Source: Victivallaceae bacterium (GTDB lineage: Bacteria > Verrucomicrobiota > Lentisphaeria > Victivallales > Victivallaceae). Taken from it: a stretch of 63,291 nt of DNA. Made by a program: the position numbers and the translations under genes. The notes under the pieces are model-generated. The model was not told the origin of the DNA, made no database searches, and saw only the letters and a list, made by a program, of their open reading frames with translations. Numbering within the stretch: the stretch's first letter is position 1; each line of letters starts with the position of its first letter. Below, piece after piece: positions 17,706 to 26,645 of the stretch. Location of the stretch: NCBI GenBank assembly GCA_028717165.1, contig JAQUOK010000001.1, positions 1 through 63,291 of the forward strand. Reading direction: 5' to 3'.

Positions 17706-18806
17706 ATGGCGAAAAAGAAAATACTGGCGGCAATGAGCGGCGGAGTTGATTCCTCGGTTGCCGCCGCGGTATGCCAGAGAAACGGTTATGAAGTAGTCGG
17801 GGTTACTCTGCGCCTGAAACACCCGGATCCGGCATTCGCGAAATTCCAGACGTGCGTATCCGAAAACGATGAAGAAACCATTACCGAATTGATAAAAAAA
17901 CTCGGCATCGAGCACCATTTTCTTGATCTGTACCCTGATTTTGCGAAACTGGTTCTTGAACCGGCATGGCGGGAATATTGCCGGGGCCGTACCCCGAATC
18001 CCTGTACGTACTGCAATTTTTTCATAAAATTCGGCAAACTCCTGGAGTTTGCTCAGGAAATCGGCGCGGAAGAAATCGTAACCGGGCATTACGCGCAAAT
18101 CATCAATGAAAACGGCATTTATAAATTAAAGCGCGGCAGCGATCCCCTGAAAGACCAGAGCTATTTCCTCTACCGCCTGACTCAGGAACAGCTTGCCCAA
18201 ATAAGATTTCCCGTCGGCGAAATGCGGAAAAGCGAAGTAAGGGCGCTGGCCCGTGAACTGGGTTTGAAGAACTCCGGGAAAAAAGACAGCCAGGACGCCT
18301 GTTTTGCGGTTGACGGCGAAGTGTTCCCGGAAACGCTGCGCCGTCTGTTCGACGGGAGCCCGAAGGGGGGGGATTTTATCTACCAGGGGAAAATCGTGGG
18401 CAGACATGCAGGGCTGCACAAATATACGATCGGGCAGCGCAAAGGCTTAAGAGTTGCGTTGGGGAAACCGGGCTATATTCAGGCGATTGACCCGGAAAGC
18501 GGCCGGATAAATCTGGTAACCGGGAATGAGGAACTAATGTCTGATTCTTTCGCGGCCGGCAATATAAACTGGCAAGGCGGAAGCCCCCCTGAGCTCCCGT
18601 TTCATTGTCTGGTTCAGGTGCGTTACCGCAGCAAACCGACTGCCGGTAACGTCAAAACTGCGGATAACGGCGGCTTAAAAATTACTCTTGATTCTCCGGG
18701 CCGGGCAGTTACCCCCGGGCAGGCGGTTGTGTTTTACGACGGGGACTATCTGCTGGGCGGCGGCATAATAGAACAGGTAAACGGCCAAGTCTCAAATAGT
18801 GACTGA
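17706..18806 (+). CDS. mnmA: tRNA 2-thiouridine(34) synthase
   Basis: PP-loop 'AMSGGVDSSVAA', 'DQSYFL', and catalytic Cys context. 366 aa. Confidence 0.92.
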   Translation: MAKKKILAAMSGGVDSSVAAAVCQRNGYEVVGVTLRLKHPDPAFAKFQTCVSENDEETITELIKKLGIEHHFLDLYPDFAKLVLEPAWREYCRGRTPNPCTYCNFFIKFGKLLEFAQEIGAEEIVTGHYAQIINENGIYKLKRGSDPLKDQSYFLYRLTQEQLAQIRFPVGEMRKSEVRALARELGLKNSGKKDSQDACFAVDGEVFPETLRRLFDGSPKGGDFIYQGKIVGRHAGLHKYTIGQRKGLRVALGKPGYIQAIDPESGRINLVTGNEELMSDSFAAGNINWQGGSPPELPFHCLVQVRYRSKPTAGNVKTADNGGLKITLDSPGRAVTPGQAVVFYDGDYLLGGGIIEQVNGQVSNSD

Positions 18807-18865
18807 AAAAAGCGTTCATTTAACTTTAAGTCCTTGACTCTGAAGTAAAAATGAACGCTTTTCGT

Positions 18866-18895
18866 ATACGGAAAGAAATTTCCGTATCTTTTTAT
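18866..18895 (+). terminator. hairpin plus T-run after mnmA (between convergent genes)
   Basis: Stem tacggaaa / tttccgta followed by tcttttt. A second, larger inverted repeat lies just upstream (aaaaagcgttcatt 18806-18820 / aatgaacgctttt 18850-18862). Confidence 0.6.
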
Positions 18896-19767
18896 AAATC
18901 CAGAAGACGTACCGCGTTGCCGCGTGCGATTTTATGGAATATTTCGAGGCTTATTTTTCCCGAATCCCGCATTCCGTTCATGAAATTGACCAGTTTGGGA
19001 ACTCCGCTTGGGGGGGAACATATGTCCAGCCCGAAAAACAGCCTGTCCTGAAATTCGGTCATGAACTTAACCGCGAATTCCGGATCCCGGGTCAGCGCGT
19101 TGCAACCGCTGCCGGCGGAAAGGTCGCCGTACAAATTGGGACATTTGCGCATCAGTTTAGGCAATGCGCCTTCCGCGTCAACCGGATATTGCGGATATCC
19201 GGCCCGGTCCTCCGGTTTCCTTAATGTCCCGATTTCAGACCAGAAACAGGGCGAATGTCCAAGGAATTTGATTCCCGGAAACTTCTGCAGGGTTTCTTCC
19301 AGGAGCGGCAGGCCGGGGTCGTCATAAATGCCGTAGACCTGATCAATCCGCTGGGCGATATGGAAAGTCAGAGGCAACTGGGCGATTTCGACGTGCTTGA
19401 AAAGATTGAGCATGAAAGGGTCATTGAAGGGCATGTTCACGGTAACCTCGCCGATTCCTTTGCAGCCTTTATCTTTGTATTTTTTCATAACGTCGCTTAA
19501 CGGCGCGGTCGGGGAATTATTGATTGCGCGCGGATGAATATTGCAGAACGGAATAAAACGTCCGGGGAAGCGTTCCGCAATTTCCAGGATTTCCTCATTA
19601 CCTTGTCCGGGATAGAACTCCGGTCCGATCAGCGGCAGCAGTACCGCCTGTTCAACCCCGATCATATTATAATTTTCCAGCAATTGTTCCGGGGTGGGAA
19701 ACGGAGGCCGCCCGTCTATCTGCAGAAACGGGGTTTTAAAAGCGTGGGCGTGAATATCTATAAACAT
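18892..19767 (-). CDS. amidohydrolase-family (TIM-barrel metal-dependent hydrolase) protein
   Basis: 'MFIDIHAHAF' metal-binding H-x-H at the N-terminus. 291 aa. Confidence 0.8.
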   Translation of the reverse strand: MFIDIHAHAFKTPFLQIDGRPPFPTPEQLLENYNMIGVEQAVLLPLIGPEFYPGQGNEEILEIAERFPGRFIPFCNIHPRAINNSPTAPLSDVMKKYKDKGCKGIGEVTVNMPFNDPFMLNLFKHVEIAQLPLTFHIAQRIDQVYGIYDDPGLPLLEETLQKFPGIKFLGHSPCFWSEIGTLRKPEDRAGYPQYPVDAEGALPKLMRKCPNLYGDLSAGSGCNALTRDPEFAVKFMTEFQDRLFFGLDICSPPSGVPKLVNFMNGMRDSGKISLEIFHKIARGNAVRLLDL

Positions 19768-19779
19768 TTTTGTTTCTCC

Positions 19780-21075
19780 TTAGATCAACTCATCGATATT
19801 ATCCGCTACTTTTTTGAAAGCCGCGGCGACTTTCTCGATTTCGGTTTTGTCATAAGTGGTAAATTTGGGAATTGTGAAATTCCTCCTGCCGGACGCTTCG
19901 CTGACCGGAAGAGTTCCGGGTCCCTGGCGCACGTCCCGCTGTCCGAAACTTATCATTGTCGGTTTGCCCATGTTGAAGATATCCGCTTCATGGAAAATTT
20001 TATGCAGGTGCAGCGGGAAGTTTATTCCGGGATTGCATTTAACGCCTTCCGCAGTCACCGCTTTGCAGAACGTTTCAATCGGAACATTTTTCAGTTCTTC
20101 CGGATTGTAATGACAAACCGGATGATACCATCCTCCCTTGGTCAGGCCGGAACCCGCGGGCGGGCGATGAGTCTTAAGGCCGGGAACGGCGTCCAGCAGG
20201 TCACAGAAATAATTCATGGCTTTGTCTATTTCGGCTATTCTTGCGGGATAATGCTTTAACTGTACTTTTCCCATTGCCGAGCACCATTGATTCATACGAT
20301 GCTTGTAACCGCCGAGCGGAATACCGGCGAATTTCTGCAGTTCAGAATCCGTTACCTGGGCGTCAACGGCGTTGAAATTGCTCGCCGCGCCGGTTCTTTC
20401 GTAATGCCCGAAAGCAATACAGCGTTCATAAAGGCTCCGGTCGTTGGTGGTAACCAGCCCGGCTTCGCCGATGGCGAACGCCTTCCCGGACATCATGCTC
20501 ATGCCGCAGATATCACCGATCGTTCCGGTATGCCTGCCTTTGTACATTGAACCGTGGGAATGCGAAGCGTCCTCAATGACTTTTACGCCATGCCGCCCGG
20601 CAATTTCCATGATCCTGTCCATATCGGCCGGATAACCGGAATAGTGAACCACTACTATCGCTTTGGTTTTCGGTCCGATACGGTGTTCGATGTCTTCCGG
20701 GTCTATGCAGAGCGTATCCGGATCGATGTCCGCGAAATTGACTGCGGCGCCCAGCGACAGCGCGGCGGTGCAACTGGCCCAGTAAGTCATGCTGGGGCAA
20801 ATGATTTCATCACCGGCTCCCACGCCGCAGGCCCACATGGCGGCATGCAGGGCTGAGGTTCCGTTGCAGTAGCCCAATGCGTATTTAACGCCGATCCAGG
20901 CCGCATATTCCTTTTCGAATTCCTTGGTAATAACGGTTGCGCTCATTGAGCATTCGTCAAGTACCTTAACGATCGCCGCCCGATCCTCGTCCGTTACGAT
21001 CGGCCAGATGCAAAGTTCGGATTTGAATTCCTCCACGGCTTTACTGCCGCCGTTTACTGCCAGTTGCTTACTCAT
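19780..21075 (-). CDS. DegT/DnrJ/EryC1/StrS-family PLP-dependent aminotransferase
   Basis: 'CNGTSALHAAMWA', 'DASHSHGS', 'SMMSGKAF' (PLP-Lys context). 431 aa. Confidence 0.85.
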   Translation of the reverse strand: MSKQLAVNGGSKAVEEFKSELCIWPIVTDEDRAAIVKVLDECSMSATVITKEFEKEYAAWIGVKYALGYCNGTSALHAAMWACGVGAGDEIICPSMTYWASCTAALSLGAAVNFADIDPDTLCIDPEDIEHRIGPKTKAIVVVHYSGYPADMDRIMEIAGRHGVKVIEDASHSHGSMYKGRHTGTIGDICGMSMMSGKAFAIGEAGLVTTNDRSLYERCIAFGHYERTGAASNFNAVDAQVTDSELQKFAGIPLGGYKHRMNQWCSAMGKVQLKHYPARIAEIDKAMNYFCDLLDAVPGLKTHRPPAGSGLTKGGWYHPVCHYNPEELKNVPIETFCKAVTAEGVKCNPGINFPLHLHKIFHEADIFNMGKPTMISFGQRDVRQGPGTLPVSEASGRRNFTIPKFTTYDKTEIEKVAAAFKKVADNIDELI

Positions 21076-21222
21076 TTTTTGCTGTTCCTTTTTTTAAACA
21101 TTTTCATTATCATCCCACAGCTTATAAATTTAAGCTGTTTTTATCTTGTTTTGAGCTTGGAGAATTTATTTCCCCGGATACCCCATTTTCCGTTTTACGC
21201 ATCCCGCCGCATTATGTGTTTC

Positions 21223-21291
21223 CTGGAGGGCGAGTGTCCCCACGAGCCGAAATACGTTCAACGTTTGCGGCTCGACAGAGTCTCGCCCTCC
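21223..21291. repeat. REP-like imperfect palindromic element, family A, copy 1
   Basis: 'ctggagggcgagtgtccccacgagccgaaatacgttcaacgtttgcggctcgacagagtctcgccctcc'. The termini ggagggcgag / ctcgccctcc are complementary. Its reverse complement is about 85% identical to 30652-30720. Confidence 0.85.
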
Positions 21292-21365
21292 AAAAATCTC
21301 GTATATCCTGATTTTCTCTGGGATGACTCTGAAACATTTTAAAAGTTTTGTGAATTAAAAATATT

Positions 21366-22283
21366 TTATTTGTACTGCATAAGTTCAAGCGTATGACGGC
21401 GCAAGCCTTCAGTCAACGGGGTTGCCGGAACCGCCAGCCCGGCAGCGTGCAGTTTCTCATGATTGTATATCCGGTGGCAGAGAAACGGCTTATGTTCAGG
21501 ATGCAATTGAATATACTCGGTCAAAGGTGTCGAACGTATTTTCAGTTTTACCCCCAAAGTATCGGCGATTATCTGATAATATGCCCATGATTCCACAATA
21601 TCCGGGCCGGCCATATTGAATATTTCACGCCGGGCTTTTGCCCGGCCGACTGCACTGACCATCGTTTTAGCCAGGTCGCCGGCTTCAATCGGCTGCTGCA
21701 AAAAATGCCCGCCGTCAACCAGAGTCAAAACTTCGCCGCGCTGCAAACGGCCGATTAATTCAGGATCGCGGCGGTGATCCGGAAAACAGCCCAGTTGTGA
21801 GAACATTCCATAAATATGGCAGGGCCGAAATACCGTCCAACTGAATTCGCCCGTGGCTTCCGCCGCCAGTAAATTTTCGCACGCGCGCTTTTTAAACCCG
21901 TAATCCTGCAGGCCTCCGGCGTTATTCGTCAGGCAGGGAGCGTCTACGGGTTGCGGAAAACTCCGCCTTACCGGGTCAAAAACAAAATCCGTCGAAACAA
22001 ATAATAACTGGCGGGTTCGCTGCCTGAATAACTCCAGCATTATCTCCATGGCTTCCGGCTCATAACAGATACAATCAAACACGGCATCATAAAAATCGGT
22101 TGCCGCATTAAATAAGCTGCGCATTGCCTCCGCATCACGCCGGTCCGCCTTCAATACTTTAACGCCGCCGGGAACGGGACGCTGTCCGCGAGTCAAAATC
22201 GTTACTTCAAATCCTTGCTTCAGGCATTCTCCGGTCACTGCTCCGCTGACATGGCCGCTGCCGCCAATTATAAGAACTTTCAT
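21366..22283 (-). CDS. NAD-dependent epimerase/dehydratase family protein
   Basis: 'MKVLIIGGSGHVSG' Rossmann N-terminus. I prefer the ATG at 22283 over the track start at 22334, which lies inside a palindrome. Confidence 0.82.
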   Translation of the reverse strand: MKVLIIGGSGHVSGAVTGECLKQGFEVTILTRGQRPVPGGVKVLKADRRDAEAMRSLFNAATDFYDAVFDCICYEPEAMEIMLELFRQRTRQLLFVSTDFVFDPVRRSFPQPVDAPCLTNNAGGLQDYGFKKRACENLLAAEATGEFSWTVFRPCHIYGMFSQLGCFPDHRRDPELIGRLQRGEVLTLVDGGHFLQQPIEAGDLAKTMVSAVGRAKARREIFNMAGPDIVESWAYYQIIADTLGVKLKIRSTPLTEYIQLHPEHKPFLCHRIYNHEKLHAAGLAVPATPLTEGLRRHTLELMQYK

Positions 22284-22724
22284 TTGCTTGTTGCTGCCTG
22301 ATTGACTATTTTTTAAAAAATATTTATAGCCCATTGGTTTATTTTAACCAATGGTATAATAATAAGCTGCCCAAGCCGTTTTGTCAAGCGCTTTTCGTTG
22401 TAGAAAACAAATTATTTTAATAAAAAGTAATCGGACTGTTTCTAATTATTTTACGTAAATTTTACTGATAGAGCTTTCCGCGCGGCGGAGTTTATCGCGG
22501 TGCGCTATAAGGATTACACCCTTGAACAAAACGCTTTTGAGCAGGCGGCGCAAGCGAAAATCAGCGAAATTACCGGCTGGCTGGCCAAAAACGGCGTTGC
22601 CGGCCGGGTTGGCAGTAAATGGGGGCCGCGCAACGGCATGGTTTCCGGCTGTTATCCGCCGGATGAATTTTACAAGGCCAGGAGCGAAGCTGAGAAATTG
22701 AAGATCTGAAAAGGAAGTGAAAAA

Positions 22725-22922
22725 ATGAAACTTGTCATAATCGGCGGCAGCAGGCATATCACTTACGCACTCAAAGGGATATTGGAAAATCCGCAGTTGA
22801 AACTTTGCGGCTTTGCCGAGGGCATTCAGGGCGATATGCCGGAAAATACCGTTGAAACCTTCAAGGGGGATTTCAAAGCAAAGGCGTTCGACGAATGGCG
22901 CCGTCGGTACGGTTTCCGCTGA
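22725..22922 (+). pseudogene. truncated Rossmann-fold gene remnant (65 codons)
   Basis: 'MKLVIIGGSRHITYALKG' resembles the N-terminus of the neighbouring epimerase ('MKVLIIGGSGHVSGAV'). SD-like aaggaag upstream. The ORF stops after 65 aa with no continuation in frame. Confidence 0.35.
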
Positions 22923-23044
22923 TTTCCTGCGTGGCAAGGCTGACGATGGAGGATACTTTTCAGGTTACCGCGGCCGCCCTTGCCGCCAGGGAAAGCGCCG
23001 ACTGTCACAAAGTGCTCCTGATCTGATAAGGACAAATGGCGTTT

Positions 23045-23827
23045 TTACAGATACCTGGTTTTGAGCTGCTCGAAGAGGGAATTTTTGGGGAATTCGGCGT
23101 TTTTGTCAAAGCCTTGCTTGTAACGCATCATATCGTTCCAGAGGTGAACGGCATAGGTATTTGAAAATAATTCCGCATCATTGGCGAAAGTATCATCGAA
23201 AGCCGTGTCCCAGTTGTAATGCGGGATGGGATAAAAAAAGGTGAACGGCTTGGCAGTGTCAAAAAGGCCGAAATATTTTAACGCGGCGGTAAAACCGGGC
23301 GGGCCGCCGGCTTCTCCCCAGCCGATGTTGTGCCGTCCGCGTCCCAGCAGCCTCCTGGCCAGCTTGCGCAGTTTCTGTTTCCGGGAGTCATAAGGCAGCA
23401 AGGTATTGGGCTTTTCGCAGATGTCCCGCATGAAAGCGCAAAGTTCATGGCCCGGCGGAAAACCCAGTACGCCGATGGCGACGCTGTCTCTTTTTTCCCG
23501 TCCGAATATCAGATCGCCGTCAAAAACAAACGGTTTCAGGCAGATTTCGTCTGTATCGACCCAGAAATTTCCTTTTTCATAAAGCAGTTTCCAGCGGAAC
23601 CAGTCGGAAAACACGGCGTAAGTCCCCGTACTGTAGAGAAATATTTCCGCGGCCGGGATTATTGCGGAAGCGTCCTTTACCGTGGTTCCCGCCGGAATAT
23701 TGCGGATATCGTCATAAGCGTATAAATGAAATTCATGTCCGTTTTTCAGGAATGAGTTAATACAGAGCCGTTCAACAACTGAAAGCTCGCTGCCTATCCA
23801 CAACGACTGAATGACCGGTTTATCCAT
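23045..23827 (-). CDS. glycosyltransferase with DXD sugar-binding region (Gly_transf_sug/Gb3_synth-like)
   Basis: 'IWIGSELS...INSFLKNGHEFHLYAYD', 'SDWFRWKLLYEKGNFWVDTDEICLKPF'. 260 aa. Confidence 0.8.
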   Translation of the reverse strand: MDKPVIQSLWIGSELSVVERLCINSFLKNGHEFHLYAYDDIRNIPAGTTVKDASAIIPAAEIFLYSTGTYAVFSDWFRWKLLYEKGNFWVDTDEICLKPFVFDGDLIFGREKRDSVAIGVLGFPPGHELCAFMRDICEKPNTLLPYDSRKQKLRKLARRLLGRGRHNIGWGEAGGPPGFTAALKYFGLFDTAKPFTFFYPIPHYNWDTAFDDTFANDAELFSNTYAVHLWNDMMRYKQGFDKNAEFPKNSLFEQLKTRYL

Positions 23828-24051
23828 ATTTGAGTTTTAGGGGTTAAGTTTTAAGGCTTAAGGAACATTACACAAGCTGAGGAAAAAATCAACTTTTATC
23901 CGTTTTTATTTTTATAAGTATCTTCAGCCTTACTTATATTTTCACGGCAATCGGCCCTGAAACTTTTGAATTTATTAAACTTGCCTATACTGTATAAGCT
24001 GATGAACAAGATTCAAACCGGCTCCGCCGGTGATTGAAGGAAACCTTACGA

Positions 24052-25119
24052 ATGCGGGACCTTTTAGATAAAATACGAAATGATGTGAAACTTTCTGCAG
24101 CCGACCTGCGCCGGGTACTGGAAACGGAAGACGAAAAAATTCTTGAACAGATTTTCCGGGAAGCGCGCCGGGTAAAACGCGAATACGCCGGGAATAAAAT
24201 ATATATCCGCGGCCTAATCGAGTTCAGCAACATCTGCGCTAAGGACTGTCTGTACTGCGGGATCAGAAAGAGCAATAAGAACATTAACCGTTTTAAAATG
24301 GCGGCGGACGATATCGTCAAACTGGCTTTGCAGGCTTACGAAAACAATTACGCTTCGCTCGTTCTGCAGGGCGGTGAAATCGAAAGCGAAGAATACGCTT
24401 CGTTCATTGAAAGCACGGTCAGGAGGATTAAAACCGGAAGCGGCGGCAGGCTCGGCATCACCCTGTCGCTCGGCGAACAGTCTCCCGAAGTCTACCGGCG
24501 CTGGTTTGCCGCCGGGGCGCACCGTTATCTGTTGCGAATAGAGACATCCAGCGAGGAATTATACGGGAAAATCCATCCCGCCAATCATAATTTCCGCCGC
24601 CGCCTTGACTGTCTCAGGGAAATAAAAAAGGCCGGTTACCAGACCGGGACCGGAGTGATGATCGGCCTGCCGGGACAGACAATTGAAGATCTGGCGGAGG
24701 ACATATTGTTTTTTGAGAGAGAGGACATCGACATGCTCGGAATGGGGCCGTATATCGTCCATGACGACACGCCCCTGGCAAAACGGGTTGCCGGTTTCGA
24801 TAAGGAAAAACAGCTTATGCTGGGCCTGAAGATGATCGCCGCCTGCAGGTTGTACCTCAAGGACGTCAACATTGCCGCCGCGACGGCTTTGCAGGCTCTC
24901 AATCATCGCGGCAGGGAACTTGGCGTTCAGGCCGGGGCGAATATCGTTATGCCCAACATAACCGATCCGCAATACCGTGCCGCTTACCGGCTCTACAATA
25001 ACAAACCGTGTTTCGATGAAAAACTCCGGTTTGAAGAGTCCGGAGAAACAATCGGTTACGGCGAATGGGGAGACTCGCCGCATTTTCGGAAAAAACAAGG
25101 CCGGAATTCTTTGAAATGA
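24052..25119 (+). CDS. hydE: [FeFe]-hydrogenase maturase HydE-like radical SAM protein
   Basis: 'IEFSNICAKDCLYCGIRKSNKNINRFKM' closely resembles the HydE CX3CX2C region. ATG at 24052 follows gaagga; the track start is TTG at 24034. Confidence 0.75.
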   Translation: MRDLLDKIRNDVKLSAADLRRVLETEDEKILEQIFREARRVKREYAGNKIYIRGLIEFSNICAKDCLYCGIRKSNKNINRFKMAADDIVKLALQAYENNYASLVLQGGEIESEEYASFIESTVRRIKTGSGGRLGITLSLGEQSPEVYRRWFAAGAHRYLLRIETSSEELYGKIHPANHNFRRRLDCLREIKKAGYQTGTGVMIGLPGQTIEDLAEDILFFEREDIDMLGMGPYIVHDDTPLAKRVAGFDKEKQLMLGLKMIAACRLYLKDVNIAAATALQALNHRGRELGVQAGANIVMPNITDPQYRAAYRLYNNKPCFDEKLRFEESGETIGYGEWGDSPHFRKKQGRNSLK

Positions 25120-25146
25120 AAAAATTACGTAATTTGCAGGCTGCTT

Positions 25147-25644
25147 ATGCAGGAAATAAATTCCTTTGAAGCTTTTGCGCGGCCCGATGCGACCCGTCTT
25201 ATACTGGGGTCGATGCCGGGCGCCGAATCGCTGCGCCGCCAACAGTATTATGCTTATCCGCATAACTGTTTCTGGAAGATAATGGGCGAGCTTCTGGATT
25301 TTGACAGCCGCATAGACTACAGGGAACGCGTTGAATACCTGCTCCGCAACCGAATTGCGCTGTGGGATACGGTACAACGGTGTGTCCGGCCAGGCAGTAT
25401 GGATTCAGACATTAAGCGCGCCAGGCCGAACGATTTCGAAAAACTTTTTCGGGAGTGTCCCAATATCCGGAAAGTATTTTTCAACGGCCGGACCGCGCAT
25501 AACTTATTTGTCAGGCATTGCAAGGAGATGCGTTTGCCGGAGCTGGAACTGGTTATCCTGCCTTCCACCAGCCCCGCCAATGCCTCAATATCCTATGAGA
25601 AAAAACTTGAGGTCTGGCGGCAGGTAGCTTGTTTTCAGGACTAA
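25147..25644 (+). CDS. DNA-deoxyinosine (hypoxanthine) glycosylase, UDG superfamily
   Basis: 'LILGSMPGAESLRRQQYYAYPHNCFWKIMG' and 'LPSTSPAN'. 165 aa. Confidence 0.75.
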   Translation: MQEINSFEAFARPDATRLILGSMPGAESLRRQQYYAYPHNCFWKIMGELLDFDSRIDYRERVEYLLRNRIALWDTVQRCVRPGSMDSDIKRARPNDFEKLFRECPNIRKVFFNGRTAHNLFVRHCKEMRLPELELVILPSTSPANASISYEKKLEVWRQVACFQD

Positions 25645-25681
25645 GCCGCCTATATTATTTGAAATTAAGCAGATAAAAATT

Positions 25682-26521
25682 ATGTACGAACAACTGAAAG
25701 ATATAAATAAACGCCCCGGATTATTCGAGTTCTATACGGCCGAACGCCTTTGGAACGATGAACATATTTCCGGCCGGATGCTCGAATACCATTTAGACAG
25801 CGCCAATGGACTGGCGTCGAGAAAAGAAAACTTTATAAACAGTTCGGTAAAATGGATACAGGCGCGTTTCAGGATCGGTGCCGGTGTCAGGATCGCTGAT
25901 TTCGGTTGCGGCCCCGGGCTTTATACAACCCGCCTGGCCAGGTTGGGCGCTGAGGTTACCGGTATTGATTTTTCCCGGCGTTCTATCCGTTACGCCCGGG
26001 AAAGCGCAGTCCGTGAAAACCTGAAGATAAAATACCTGAATCAGAATTATCTTGAATTCGAAACCGATGAAAAGTTCGACCTGATATGCCTTATTTTCGA
26101 TGATTTGTGTCCGCTTTCTCCTGGACAGCGTAAAACCATGTTGACGAAATTCCGCAGTCTGCTGGCTGATAACGGCTGTATTCTGCTGGACGTTGTTTCT
26201 CTGAAATCTTATGCGGAACGGCAGGAATGCGCAGTTTATGAGCGCCGGCTGCATGACGGTTTCTGGGCCCAGGGAGATTATTACGGGTTTATGAATACGT
26301 TTAAATACGAAAATGAAAAAGTAGTGCTTGACAAATATACTATTGTCGAAGCGGACAAAACCTGGCAGGTTTATAACTGGCTGCAGTATTTCAGCCTGGA
26401 ATCGATCAGCCGGGAATTTGAAAACAACGGATTGCGGGTGGCGGAATATTATTCCGACGTTGCCGGGGAGCCTTATTCGGAAAACGCGCCGGAAATCGCG
26501 CTGGTCGCGGTAAAAAATTAG
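25682..26521 (+). CDS. class I SAM-dependent methyltransferase
   Basis: Motif I 'IADFGCGPGLYTTRLARLGAEVTGIDFS'. 279 aa. Confidence 0.85.
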   Translation: MYEQLKDINKRPGLFEFYTAERLWNDEHISGRMLEYHLDSANGLASRKENFINSSVKWIQARFRIGAGVRIADFGCGPGLYTTRLARLGAEVTGIDFSRRSIRYARESAVRENLKIKYLNQNYLEFETDEKFDLICLIFDDLCPLSPGQRKTMLTKFRSLLADNGCILLDVVSLKSYAERQECAVYERRLHDGFWAQGDYYGFMNTFKYENEKVVLDKYTIVEADKTWQVYNWLQYFSLESISREFENNGLRVAEYYSDVAGEPYSENAPEIALVAVKN

Positions 26522-26645
26522 AAAAACGGCGGAATTCAATCCGTCATAAACTGATCAGGGGAATTATGAAAAAACGGAGCTTTTTTTTGTTGTCGTCATT
26601 CTGGTTTCAGGTCTCACGAACCTTGCCGGAAAACTGCCTCTGGAA

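Noticed and set aside
17373-18098. 241-aa minus-strand ORF. Similar antisense ORFs occur at 24559-25377, 25793-26539, 55499-56176 and 57749-58450.
   Set aside because: All overlap plus-strand genes with clear family signatures (rfbA/mnmA, hydE, the methyltransferase, protein D, the flavoprotein) and have shadow-ORF composition.
22446-22937. 163-aa minus-strand ORF in the gap between the epimerase and the glycosyltransferase
   Set aside because: It has no SD and an Arg/Phe/Ala-rich sequence. The opposite strand carries an SD-preceded Rossmann-like fragment. It is most likely antisense noise over decayed genes.
23844-23855. Shared 12-mer TTAAGTTTTAAG just upstream of two minus-strand sugar genes (also at 33500-33511)
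   Set aside because: In about 63 kb, on the order of a hundred 12-mer coincidences are expected by chance, and more for AT-rich words. The distance to the start codon also differs (16 nt against 7 nt). This is not significant on its own.
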